64,000 nucleotides of DNA, taken from Raillietiella orientalis. Taxonomy: Eukaryota. Below are positions 51,150-62,119 of this stretch, one piece after another (position 1 is the first letter of the stretch; every line of letters begins with the position of its first letter). The notes under the pieces are model-generated. The model saw only the letters and a program-made list of their open reading frames with translations. It was not told the origin of the DNA and made no database searches. The DNA lies in contig JAYWIR010000012.1 of the NCBI GenBank assembly GCA_036172245.1, positions 3,286,001 through 3,350,000 of the forward strand, read 5' to 3'. A program made the translations under genes and the position numbers.

Positions 51150-52720
51150 ATGAAATTCTGTTGTTAGTAGCTGTCAGGTCACACACGCAGAAAGTTTACC
51201 GTCCGCTGCTGATTTCGGATCACAAGAGGAAGACAATCGATTTCTGTTTGGCTATGTGTACCGGAGATGCTGATGGCCTTTAGCGCCATGATAATCGTCG
51301 CTCGTAATAAAAACCACCGTAAATCGGAAGTTATCGAAATGCACTTTTCGACCAGAAAATGATTAATCCGGAGATCTTTCGTAGTTTTCTCGAAATTTTC
51401 GTCCTCAATGCTTTTCACACAGTGTAAATTTCCCCGTTCACTTGACCTTTGATTACGTTCCAACATTGCTTCCTCCTTGAGCAAAAAAAGTGTGATCTCC
51501 ATCACGCTTCCGAAAGAGAGGCACTGTCTTCTCCGATGATGTGAGGCATAACTTACAACACATGGAAAAAATGAGCAACCAAATCAATATAAATATACCC
51601 ACTGTTTATGGGAAAATTTATGGGTGAGTTTTGAACGAGTTTCTGCAAAGCGAATTGAATTTCAGAATATAAATTCGTTAATTTATGTCTTCGGATTCTG
51701 AGCATGCTAGGAAATAGAGAAAACAGATTTCTCTGCAATGCTGGATAAACAATGATAGATCTTCATTAAGCGATCCTCTGAATTCATTGCTAATTTATGT
51801 AAAAGGAAAAAAAAGGGGGGGACAAATATTTGTTTGGAAGCAGCATCTTGACTAAGGGAACTTCAGATGCTGCATACCTTTCCCTGCTGCCTTCAAACTT
51901 GAGGGGGAAAAAATTACTATCCAAAACTTACTATCCATTTTATTTTTATCGTCAGTGAAAAAACTTTCCCATCGCACTTTGAGCTGGAAACATGACATAA
52001 AATTCCACACGGAAATTAGTGGCTGCAGAAGCACGTCTCTGTCGGTTACCAAATAAATGGCAACTTTGGCGGACCCTTAGGCTAACGAGATACCTATCAG
52101 TTCCTGAATTAGCAACTTTACTTCCTGGAGTTTACCTAACAGGAGCGGCATTGGTTAATAGGGTACTTCCAATCATTTTGATAATCTCTAATTAGTGGAT
52201 CTCCCTTCTAAGGAAGTAGAAGGTTTAGAAGTGGAGAAAAAAGCGTTCGTCGATCGCTGAAAAATGAAAGTGAGGGTGTCCTTCCAGTCCTGTTTGCCAC
52301 AGAGGTGAGATTTGTTCATAATGAGTTGATCCTGGTTTGGAGGTATGTGAGCAAGACAAAACTCCAAAGTCTCTCTAAAATCATATCTTGTAAACACGTT
52401 TTTGAAATACCCTACACAGTATCACCATTCCGACGGTTTTCTCTGTTTCTGCCCCATGACCATAGGATTACCATGTGATTCATTGCATTGACATCGGCAT
52501 TGCTAATTCTATTGAATTAGTGATCCGTTTTGAGATGCAACAAAAAGGAAAAAAAAAAGCAAAAAAGTTTTTTTTTTTTTTTTCCAGACTTTGGTGTTTT
52601 ACAAAGTGCATACTGCCCTCCTCCCTAAAATGATTCTTGGAGTACGATCATTTTTCGAATCTCTGATCATCATTGAATGAATCTTGTGAAATCACTATTC
52701 TTTGAGTGGAAGCTCTTACT
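51150..52720 (-). other. Candidate spliced gene (or pseudogene) divergent from NSE3; product unknown
   Basis: AT-rich, non-repetitive sequence with several canonical minus-strand splice signals: donor GTAAGA near 52719, a 60-nt GT-AG intron at 52412-52471, and a tttccag...GTAAGT exon near 51932-51983. The reading frame is not resolved. Confidence 0.3.
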
Positions 52721-53178
52721 TGCAGGAGGAAGAGGGGAGAGGACCAAAAGTAATTCCATTATGGCCGAAAAGTCGAATTTTCGAAAAAAAAAAAAAAAGT
52801 CGGATTAAAGCTGCCTTTCGTTTTATCACCCTCCACAAGAGAGGGGAAGAAAAAAGAAAAACAAAATGGAATTTTGTTCAAAGCTCCACGCATGTGAGGA
52901 AAACACTTCTAACTCGGTTTTGGGAACACGTGTTTCCGTTTCATCCGAGAGGCGCCGAAAGCGTCGCCGAACGCGGAGGGGGGGGGGGGGAGAGAAAAAA
53001 AAAAACGTTACGAGCCAGGGGCAGTGGTTTGTTCGATCGAAAGTGACCTGGGTTCGGGGACCGCAGAGATTCTAGGAATTTCGAAATCGTAAGGTGTATT
53101 CTTTGTTCTTGAGTCCAAACACGTGGTCATCTGTTTAGGCCGGGTCCCCGTTGGTGCCCTCCCGGGACGGTCGTGAGG

Positions 53179-53406
53179 ATGCCTCGAGTCAGGCAGAGCT
53201 CAAGTCAGGTCCAGCAGGACTGTCAGCATCCTGCACTGGATGCTGCACAGCTTGACAAATTGGCGAATGATACTGTGTATTACCTCCTGATTGTCGATAA
53301 AAAAAAGTACCCAATAAAACACAGCGATCTGGCCAAGAATGTGCTAAAGAACTATGCAAAGATGTCCAGGGTTGTGTTGGAGAAAGCACGGCAAATTCTT
53401 TCCGAG
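53179..53406 (+). CDS. NSMCE3: MAGE/NSE3 (non-SMC element 3 of SMC5/6) exon 1
   Basis: MPRVRQ...LANDTVYYLLIVDKKKYPIKHSDLAKNVLK...ARQILSE is the MAGE winged-helix A start. Donor GTATAA, phase 0. Confidence 0.92.
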
Positions 53407-53466
53407 GTATAAAAAAAAAATATCTTGACTTCGGCAGCAGAATTCACGTTTTGTTTGTCCCGGAAG

Positions 53467-53644
53467 GTCTTCGGGATTTACTTGATAGAGTTGCCAGATA
53501 AAAAAAGGAATTTCGTTCTTGTGAATGCACTTGATAACAATAATGTTTCCATTCGAACGTACACAAATAATGATTCCGCCAAATTTGGATTTTTGCACGT
53601 ATTATTATCAGTTATTTTTATGAATGGTAACTGTATTAAGGAAG
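53467..53644 (+). CDS. NSMCE3: MAGE/NSE3 exon 2
   Basis: VFGIYLIEL...FVLVNAL...KFGFLHVLLSVIFMNGNCIKE carries the hallmark VFG..L.E and GLL..IL..IFM.GN motifs. The preceding intron is 60 nt; donor GTAAGT, phase 1. Confidence 0.93.
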
Positions 53645-54394
53645 GTAAGTTTAACAAGCTTGTTTCAAAAATGTGTTCTGTAAGGTTTATGCTGTAATAA
53701 TGCTGTATAATAATTTGTTGCTCACTTTTATTTCATACCAGATCTGGGTATGCTTAAAATTTCTGGTGTGTTTTGGGTACATGTGTATTCTTCTGAGCAC
53801 ATACACAATATTGTAGTAAACCAAAGGGTTGGTTGTATTTCAAGGTACATTTGAAAACCAAACAAACAATGCAAACATTTCCTAATTCCTGGATTCCTTA
53901 CTCCCAGTTTATAAAGATTTTTGGTTTAAAAGTGTTCATTCTGAAGGAGTGCATTCCTAAAATTCATTGTAATAAGCAAATCTTTACTAAGCAACTGCAA
54001 ACAGTTTTAAAGCAACAAAAAGCACCGGTTTTCAAAGTGTAGACAAAGTATACAGCAATGAGATTGCTTCACCACATACAATGCATTTTTTTTTTTTTTG
54101 TAAAATTAGAGTACTTAAGTTTAGCTGGTGTGTATCTTTTGTTATGTATTGATTCTTATCTTTTAAACTCTGAGGATGAGTATGATGATTTTACTCATGA
54201 TTTTAAATTGCAAAAGATCTGTTGATGTGTGTGAGTGCTATAAACAAAGTGAAACATTGAGATTTTCGAAATTTTATCTTATATTTCTTTCATTACCACC
54301 TTGATTTAATACAACCAGATCAGAGGTTGGATACTTGAAACACTTTGATATGCTGAAAGAAGTCTCAATGATTTCAAATTATATGTAATTTTAG

Positions 54395-54615
54395 ATGAAC
54401 TGTGGAAGTTTATAGAAAAGTTAGCTCTAACTGATGATGAAAACTGCGGCATACTGGGTGATGTCAGAAAATTGGTCAGTCAGGAGTTTGTGAGACAAGG
54501 GTATCTGGATTGTGTTAAAGAGAACATTGGTGATTCCAAGTTGATATGTTATCAGTGGGGGCAGCGAGCCAAGTTGGAATTTTCCAAAAAGGAAATGTTG
54601 TCTTGGATTTGTGAG
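54395..54615 (+). CDS. NSMCE3: MAGE/NSE3 exon 3
   Basis: DELWKFIEKL...GDVRKLVSQEFVRQGYL...YQWGQRAKLEFSKKEMLSWICE carries the winged-helix B motifs EFV.Q.YL and WG.RA..E. ttttag acceptor. Confidence 0.95.
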
Positions 54616-54660
54616 GTACACCAGCATTGTTTCTGTGATGATGTTAATCCTGTTAATTAG

Positions 54661-54732
54661 GTATATGGTCCCAACGTGTCCCCTAATCACTGGGTGTCCC
54701 AGTACAGAGAAATCATGGAGGATAACATGTAA
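54661..54732 (+). CDS. NSMCE3: MAGE/NSE3 exon 4 (terminal)
   Basis: VYGPNVSPNHWVSQYREIMEDNM* matches the MAGE C-terminal P..W..QY.E motif. It follows a 45-nt GT-AG intron. The spliced CDS is 699 nt (232 aa plus stop). Confidence 0.9.
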   Translation, partial: VYGPNVSPNHWVSQYREIMEDNM

Positions 54733-54839
54733 CCCTATTGTCCTATGATGACATCATGCCTTGAAAAAGTCATGAGAACTATGCATTTCATTACTCATTA
54801 GTTTAAGTCTGAGGACAATATATGCAATGCTGTTAACCC

Positions 54840-54845
54840 AATAAA
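54840..54845 (+). terminator. Putative polyadenylation signal of NSE3
   Basis: AATAAA about 110 nt after the stop codon. Confidence 0.6.
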
Positions 54846-56124
54846 ATCAACAGAACAGTGCTCTTCATGAAATACAAGATTTTTCAGTTTGCATGCAAAA
54901 TACACTTCCGTACATGTGCCCTTTTTCTTTTTTTGGTAAAATGAATGATAATGTTACTCTCTAGATGTTCTCTCGAGAATACCGGACCTTAAGAATGCGT
55001 AGTAAACCCCCTACTACCATATTCTCAAGATCTGCATGGTTTGGTTGTGTAAGGAGACTTCTGGAACGAATACATCACAATTTTCCTTTGTTCGCTCCAT
55101 TACTTCTATTGGATTTCTGGAAGCAGTTGATTTATTGCCATTTCACTTGCGTGCATTCTGAATGCGAATCGAATCCACGCGTTTCTCTGCTCGGGTGGCC
55201 GTCATCAAAGTGGATTCTATGTCCATCCATGGCAGTGCTGGAAGTTTGGAAACAACCGTTCCCAGTTTTATTTATCGGTGGTTGAAGACGCCGATGGCTG
55301 AGTGCGGAGGAATATGAATGAAAAGTGCGCATTTGCCTGCGGCGGTTTCCATTGTACGTGATACCCAAGTTGCGTTTGGTTCAGCCATACCTCCCCATGC
55401 CATTTTACATCGTCCTGCAAGCAGCAGCCTCAAAAGTCCGTTGGTAAAAACGAGCGGAAGGCGCCACGAAACGGAAGAGACGCCGCCGGCCGCGCCCGCC
55501 GGCGTTCACGTAGAGGCTGTGGGCAGGGCGGGCGTTGGAGCGGCGCCAACGGCCACGGCCCGCACGGCGCCACTTCGCGTCGTCAGCGTGGCTGAGGTGT
55601 GCGCCGAAGAGCGGTGGCGAGGTGGTAACGCGTCCACGTTAGAATGCTGCGTGGCCATGCCACGAAGGTGGGAAAAGTGGAGCGCGTCCGAAATTGGAAC
55701 GTGCAGTGCCTGCTTCATTAGTAAAGAGGAGATAATCAGGAACCAGGTCCAATGCAAACAGAAAGTTAGATGCAGATGCAGTTAATGGTATTAGCGCGAA
55801 AGAACGCCCTGATCACGAGGATGTGAAGTATCGGAAAACCAGGGTTCCACCTAGCGAGTGGAACCGCGCAGTAACCATCATTTTCCGTCATTATCGGGGA
55901 AATTTTGCGTTCCGAGTGCTCGCAGCCGTGTTGGCAACCGCTGTCAAATTTGTAAGGCGCAAGTTGTGCATCGAACCGAAACTGCGCCCATGCCACTCGT
56001 CGGAACAGAAAGTGCTTTTCGCGAGTGGCTATTGCAACCGGGATTTATAAGCTGGTACCACGCCTCCTCAACGTCTTGAAGGGTGAGAGGGCTAGACGAC
56101 ACGCTCTCTTCACACCGGGATGGT

Positions 56125-56818
56125 TTTTCACCCGGAGGAGCCGGGGCTTTTATTATTACAATTTTACAAGAAACTTTATAATAAAGTCTGGTGTTTTTGT
56201 GGGTTTTTTTTTTTTTTTTTTCCAGTCAGATCACATGGTTCTGACTGTCTTGTTGCACTTGTCCTTACCGACCCGCAGACCTGTGAGGTCCTCTACACGG
56301 GCGAAGGGGGTGGGAAAACCAAAAAAAAAAAAAAAAAGAACAAAAACAAAAACGCCGGGAGGGGGGGGGGGGGGCAAAGTTTTATGGGGTGGGGAGGGAA
56401 GGGATGCGATCACCGATCGCCGGGAGGAGGAGTCTGCATCCGGTTCAGGGCGCGGGCAAGTGCCGGTTGAATTGTCCTAAACCGGCGCCATCGGGAAGCC
56501 TTCTCCATGGAGAGGACTGCCCAGTGAATGGCGTTCCGGCTGCTGTGGTCTCTCCTCGACGCAGTCCACTTCTCCAGTATTCCGCGTATGCAGCAGAGAA
56601 CACACGCGGCAGCTGGCAGGGCGTCCCGCACCATGAGGCGACGGAAAATGTCCTTTGTGTCGCCCACCGGAATGCTCCCAATCGACGAGAGTCGATCCCA
56701 CATGGGGCGGAGGGCGACACACTCGATGAGTAGGTGGGGGAAGGTTTCCCTTTCCCCGCACCCTGCACAATTGGCATGCACACTCCCTGATGTCCCGTGA
56801 AAGAGGCGCAAAGGTGTC
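56125..56818 (-). mobile_element. 5'-truncated Tx1/L1-like LINE (copy T3) with 10-bp TSD
   Basis: Best-preserved CCHC finger CAGCGERETFPHLLIECVALRPMW (zf-RVT-like) and 3' hairpin module. Direct repeat CCGGGATGGT at 56115-56124 and 56819-56828. Confidence 0.85.
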
Positions 56819-58193
56819 CCGGGATGGTGTACAGACTTTGAAGGAGCACCTTGCCCTGCGGCATCCGTCGCAAAATCTGTTGTGTTCCGTTGAGTCCAAA
56901 GACCAACTTGGAAACCTCAGTTTCTGGACTGAGCTCCGCGGTTCCTGGTTACAAATGCTTGCCGTTGCCTCAGTAAGTGTTGCAAGAAAATGTCCACACT
57001 GTGCCCCGGAATCTCGAGTGCGGAAAGCACCCACCAAAGTCGTGACTGCTGTTCAGTCGCGGAAGTCTTTTCTCGTTTCCCTGCAAGAACGTTTAATCTT
57101 TGTCTCCGTTCCTCACCGTGGTAAAGGACCGTGAAACTGTCTTGGTTGAATTTTATCCTGGATTGCTACTTCGAATCATGCAGCTGTCGCGATGTTTTTC
57201 TTCTGTAAGAAGAAATTTCTCTTTTGAGAAATCCGATGAGGCGCGAAAAGAAAATTAAAATGCGTCTGTGCTGCTCAGGAGTTTTTAGCGGAAGCTCAAC
57301 GTTGCTGCAGTCGATGCTTTGCAACGCCCAAGTTTTTTTGGCAAGAAGTGGATTATCGAGAGGAACGCATCAATTTTGCGTATCATATGAGTGCTTTGAG
57401 CCGAACCTCTCGATACGTTCCACATGGAGATGGTACGCTGACGTCTGGGATCGGTAGTGCATACTCGTGGAAGACGCGATTCTGGAAAATTAAGGAAAAC
57501 GTACAGCCATACGGAAAACTGCTCTTCATTTGATGTTTGAGAAGATTCCCTGAGAGGGGTGTTGACATCCCCATCGCGAAAATCCAGTTGGGAAGAACAG
57601 GATGCTAAAATAACAAGTTACAATGGACGGTGAGCAGAATGGAAGATCTAACAGCATCTTTGGGACACACCACTTCGAGGGAGCCTTTGCATCAGCGTCG
57701 AGCTCGTGTTGCATTGCTCGTTTTTGGCTTTTCCGTTTTGCCAGGAAAAACGTCTTATCATCCCGATTGTTCCATGTTGTGCAATTGAAATGCACTTTGG
57801 GGAGAGTACTTTTCGGGAAGGAGGATGAGGTTTGAAACTCAGACGCCCTCATCGAAGCAAGTGCTTTCCTCTGAACTCTCTCACGAGGGAAGTTTTGGGT
57901 TTGGGCTGAGCCTTCGTCCGTCACCTCGGAGTGTCTCGGGAAAAAAAGATTTTCCCTTAGCCCTGGACGTTGCTTGGAACACGCTCCACGGCATCAGTGA
58001 GGATACTACTGGGTAGAGTCAGAATGTGGTCACTGTACCACTGTGTGTACGGTGCGAGCTTACTGTTCCTGACTCACGGTAACGGTTCATCCCCAATCCC
58101 TCCGATTGGCTTTGGGTCTTTGCCTACGCGTGGGTGTCGAACGCAGAAAGAAGAACGTAAATGAAAGCAAAAAGCAAAAGTGGCACATGCGAA

Positions 58194-58660
58194 AGCACTC
58201 GCGCGGGTTCCTACTTTTCGTGTTGGCGTGTGAGATTTGACAGCAGCACTGCACTACCCACGAGGCGGGGCCGTGGCTGCATGGAGCAACGCCAGAGGAC
58301 GGCACAGCGACAGGGGTGCCATCTATTTTGCTGTCCTTTCCATGAGAACAGCGTCAAGATGACCCCATCTGAGAGTCTGAAACAGGAACTTGCCGACATC
58401 CTTACAAGGATGCAGAGGCACTCTCCAGCATCAGATGATCCCTTCCCAAACCGCCCCATTTTTTTGACTACGTTTTTCTTTTTTTCTTTTTGTTTGCCTC
58501 CCCTTCTTCTGTGCTGCCGGGACGAACCCCATGGCCCACGTGCCCGTCCCCGGCAGGTTCCTTCTCGTAGTTATAAGTAACGTGGCAGGATCAAACGTCG
58601 TGCCACAGACATGTATGTTCATTTTATAAATAAACGCCCCGGCGTGACCGGGTGTCAACC
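58194..58660 (+). mobile_element. 5'-truncated Tx1/L1-like LINE (copy T4)
   Basis: AVAAWSNARG..SDRGAIYFAVLSM matches the T1/T3 C-terminus, and the full 3' module is present. Possible decayed TSD: AGTGGCACATGCGAA (58179-58193) vs AGTGGCGCACGCAAA (58661-58675). Confidence 0.75.
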
Positions 58661-59485
58661 AGTGGCGCACGCAAACGTCATCTTAGGGGGGGGGGGGAAC
58701 TCGAAATCCACGACTCACCTCGCGTTCTTGGCGTCGGTCATCTCCCGGACGGAATTCTTACTCGCATCGCCCGGTGCCGCGCACGGCAACCGCAGCCGCA
58801 CGGTCGCCAACGTGGGCGGTGTGGCTCGTTGTTGCTGTTTGCAGAGCGCGACAGGCTGAGTTGCTTCAACTGAGTTGCTCTTCGCTTCGGGGCAACTTCT
58901 GCCTGGGTCATCATCAAGAGGGCGCAATCGCTTAGGGGAGCGAAAGAGGCACTCCTGCTGCGCAGCTGCTCTTTGGAGCCGAGGTCTTCCTCTGCTGTGC
59001 TACGGCGGGAGCTCCATCACGTTTGCCCCCTCCGTTCCGAGGTCGTCCTCCTCCCTCCCGGCACTGATTCCAACGGGTCACCTGGAGCAATCTGGAGGGG
59101 AACCGGGTCGGGAAAGGGGGGAAGGATGCGAATTCCCAAGTGTCCTCGAGGGGCGCGATTCTCCATCTCCGCCACCTGCGTCTCCCCGGCTGCGGAAGAC
59201 TCCAGCGGCGAGCGAGCGAGGTTGACCAAGTCGACCCGTCATCGAATCCTGCAGGTGAGGCTGGTGCCGCCACCCCGCTCTTCTGGGAGAGCACCGCTTG
59301 CGTACTTCCCGTCGCAACCGGAGCCGGGCTCCCCAGACGCTACCGCCTTCCGGAAGTTCATCCCGGGACGCGGCCGCTCCCTGTCGCCTCACAGTTGGGC
59401 GCGTCGCAGTACGCCACGATGCAACCCCTCGACTTCCCCAGGGGTATTCCGCCTGCCGAGCGCCCCCACTGGACGGAAAGTACGC

Positions 59486-59932
59486 TTACACACGTATTCA
59501 CACACACACACACACACATACTATGTACATGCATATGCACATATATGTTTTCATATATATGTGTAAAAGTATGTATACATATATATTGAGGCATATACAT
59601 ACATATACATGCATGCGCACACACAAATACATATTGAAACATACATACATACATGTATGTATATGCTTCAGTATATATAAATATATGTATATCTATCGAA
59701 AACACGCACATATATACACACATGTATATACTGAAGCATACATGCATACATACATATATGTGTGTATATGCGTGTTTGTGTGTGCATTCACGTATATGCA
59801 TGTATATGTTTTAATATATATATGTATATGAATATGTAAATACGTATCTATATATATATGGAAACATATACACACAAAACTGTGTATGTATGCATGTGCG
59901 AACACGTCTATGTGTGCATACGCACCTGCATG
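59486..59932. repeat. Degenerate (CA/TA/TG)n alternating purine-pyrimidine microsatellite
   Basis: Directly visible, about 450 bp. Confidence 0.9.
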
Positions 59933-62119
59933 AGTCGAACGCTTTCGATGAGAACCCGGGGGTAGTGGTAGGGGGGAGGCGAAGGGTCTGCAACGACAGT
60001 TTGAACTCGCGGCTCGCATGCTCCGTAGTTATGGGCGTCGGTGCGAGAAGAGGGGGTGGAGAGAAAGGCGCGTGAAGGGGGAAGAGGAAAGCGGAGGGCG
60101 AGCGCACCTCATTTCCGATTCGAACCTCTTCGCTCCCCGAACGTAACCGAGGGGAGAGGGGGGGCGGGGTCTTTGCCCGGGAGCGTCTTTGACCCTTCGT
60201 CTCGAAGCGAGGACCTGCGCCCATGCCGCCGCCGCGACCATAAGTAGCAAGCCGAAGGAACGAGGGGCAAGAACAACAGGTGGCGCAGGTCCTCGCGTGG
60301 GCTAGTGGCCGGCGGCCGGGTGCGTCTTTCGCGACCTCCGTGTGTGCTCCGAGTGCTTCCATCCCTTCTCGAGGACCCGACGTTCTTTGCCCGTCTCCCG
60401 TCGCGCCGCCATCATCGACATGCGTTTCACACCCTCGCGGTTCTTGCAACACAGTTGGTTTCCCAACATGTTTTTTTTTTTCCAGAAAAAAGGAAAAAAG
60501 GGGGAAGACGGAAAAGAGGACGAGCCACCGGATTCATTTCGGGCCTTTTTTTTTTTTTTTTTGTTCTTCCTCTTTTCAATCTTTTTTTATCTGCAAGGAT
60601 CTCCCTGGCAAAACAGGGAGGACGAACGCAATCGGTTCTCTGGGGATGCATACCAAATCCGGAGGCATTCACCGATCTCGAAAACAAGATCATCAATATC
60701 GCGGTCCTCCGAGGGAAAAAGTCGGGACAGAAACCCGAGAGCTCATCAAGCAGGCAGGCCGAACTGGAAACCCTCAGGAACTCGAATTTTCTGGATGCCG
60801 AACGTGGCTTTCGTGCCACTCCCCGTCAATCCGCCGATTCACTTTTTTCTCTTTTTTTTTAAAAAAAAAAAAATGAAAAGAAAAAAACGGACCTGCTGGG
60901 TCTTCGGCACGAACGCCCGGCACATTGGGCAGGGGCCTTCGCGGCGCGTCCGGTTGCCGCCACTTCGGGGGCGCGCGTTTCCATGCTCCAGCCTGTAGAA
61001 GCGGGCGGGGAGCGAAGGAGGGGGGGAGATGGCGGCGGATCACCCCGCTGCCTTTTCCCCTCCTTCCTTCTATGAGGGACTGTCGCCCTCCCCCTCCTCC
61101 CCGTCCGCTGTGGTTCCCTGTTTGCTTTCGCCCTCGGACGTTGCCGTTCTGTCTTGCGGACTTGGATTCGTCTAGACGGAACTCCTCAAGAAGTGCTTCG
61201 GTTTTCGAAAGGATGCGCGCTCCGGGAGCAACGGCATCCCCGAGGACCGCAAGAACACGGACATGTGCTTCCGGAGTTCGGCGAAAGAGGGCAGCACGTC
61301 GCAGAGCTCTCCTTTTTTTTTTAAAGCAGGAACTGCAATTTTTTCGGAGCGACAGTGCGGCACCTCGGAAAAGTGTTCTTCATGTGTGTCTTATCGGCAC
61401 GCGAGCAGCAGCTACTCGCTCGTATGCACACCTGGCGCGTGCAGAGGGGATCCCAAAACGCCCCCCGGGAGGCTTTTCCGTTCGATCCCCCTAACAGGAA
61501 GCGATTTTTTCAAAAACCTCCAAGGGCATCATCCGGGCAGCAGAAGCGACTGCAGTGAGCTCTGCATTCGAAACTGACCGTCAGTTCGAGAGCGGTCCCG
61601 ACGTCAGTACGAATGCAGCAAACAGGTCCGGGGGCGAGCATCGATCGCAAGTAGCCAAGGGAAGCAGAAGAGTTCACACTGACGTCAGCGAGGTTGAGGA
61701 GGGCCCTCTTGTGCAGCAGAAACTGGGGCCCTGGCGATTTCTGCCGCGCCCCCATCCCTTTCCGGGAGGCGGTGGGACGGTGGTGGATCCGCCAATAGGC
61801 CAGGGCGGAAGACTTTCCAAAAGATGGGTGACCCTCCTTCTCCTCGACTCGCCAGCAGCCTGCAACGCCAACTACGAGGCTCGGGAGCTGCGATGCGATC
61901 GGAGAAGGGTCCCGGGCGAAAGCAGGCAACAGCGCGAGGGAGGAAGAGAATTCTTCTTCCGGGGGGCAGCGCCAGAGGAGAAGTTCCCGCCGACACAAGG
62001 GGTTCAGTCGGACGGACGTGCCGCGGGAAGCTCAGGACGACCGAGTTGTGCATTCCAGGCCCCGTCGTCGTCGCTGGAGAGCAGGTGGGTTCGTCGCGCG
62101 CACCGACGTCCACCTGACG

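Noticed and set aside
54170..54360. Intronic C/D snoRNA (ATGATGA at about 54182)
   Set aside because: There is no suitably placed CTGA D box with a terminal stem, and the motif is expected by chance in an AT-rich intron.
55935..56870. BED zinc finger (CQIC ... HLALRHP) or Gypsy integrase HHCC start (VHHPGVKR) at the reconstructed T3 site
   Set aside because: The spacing is far too long for BED and includes a stop. No downstream integrase or transposase motifs were seen.
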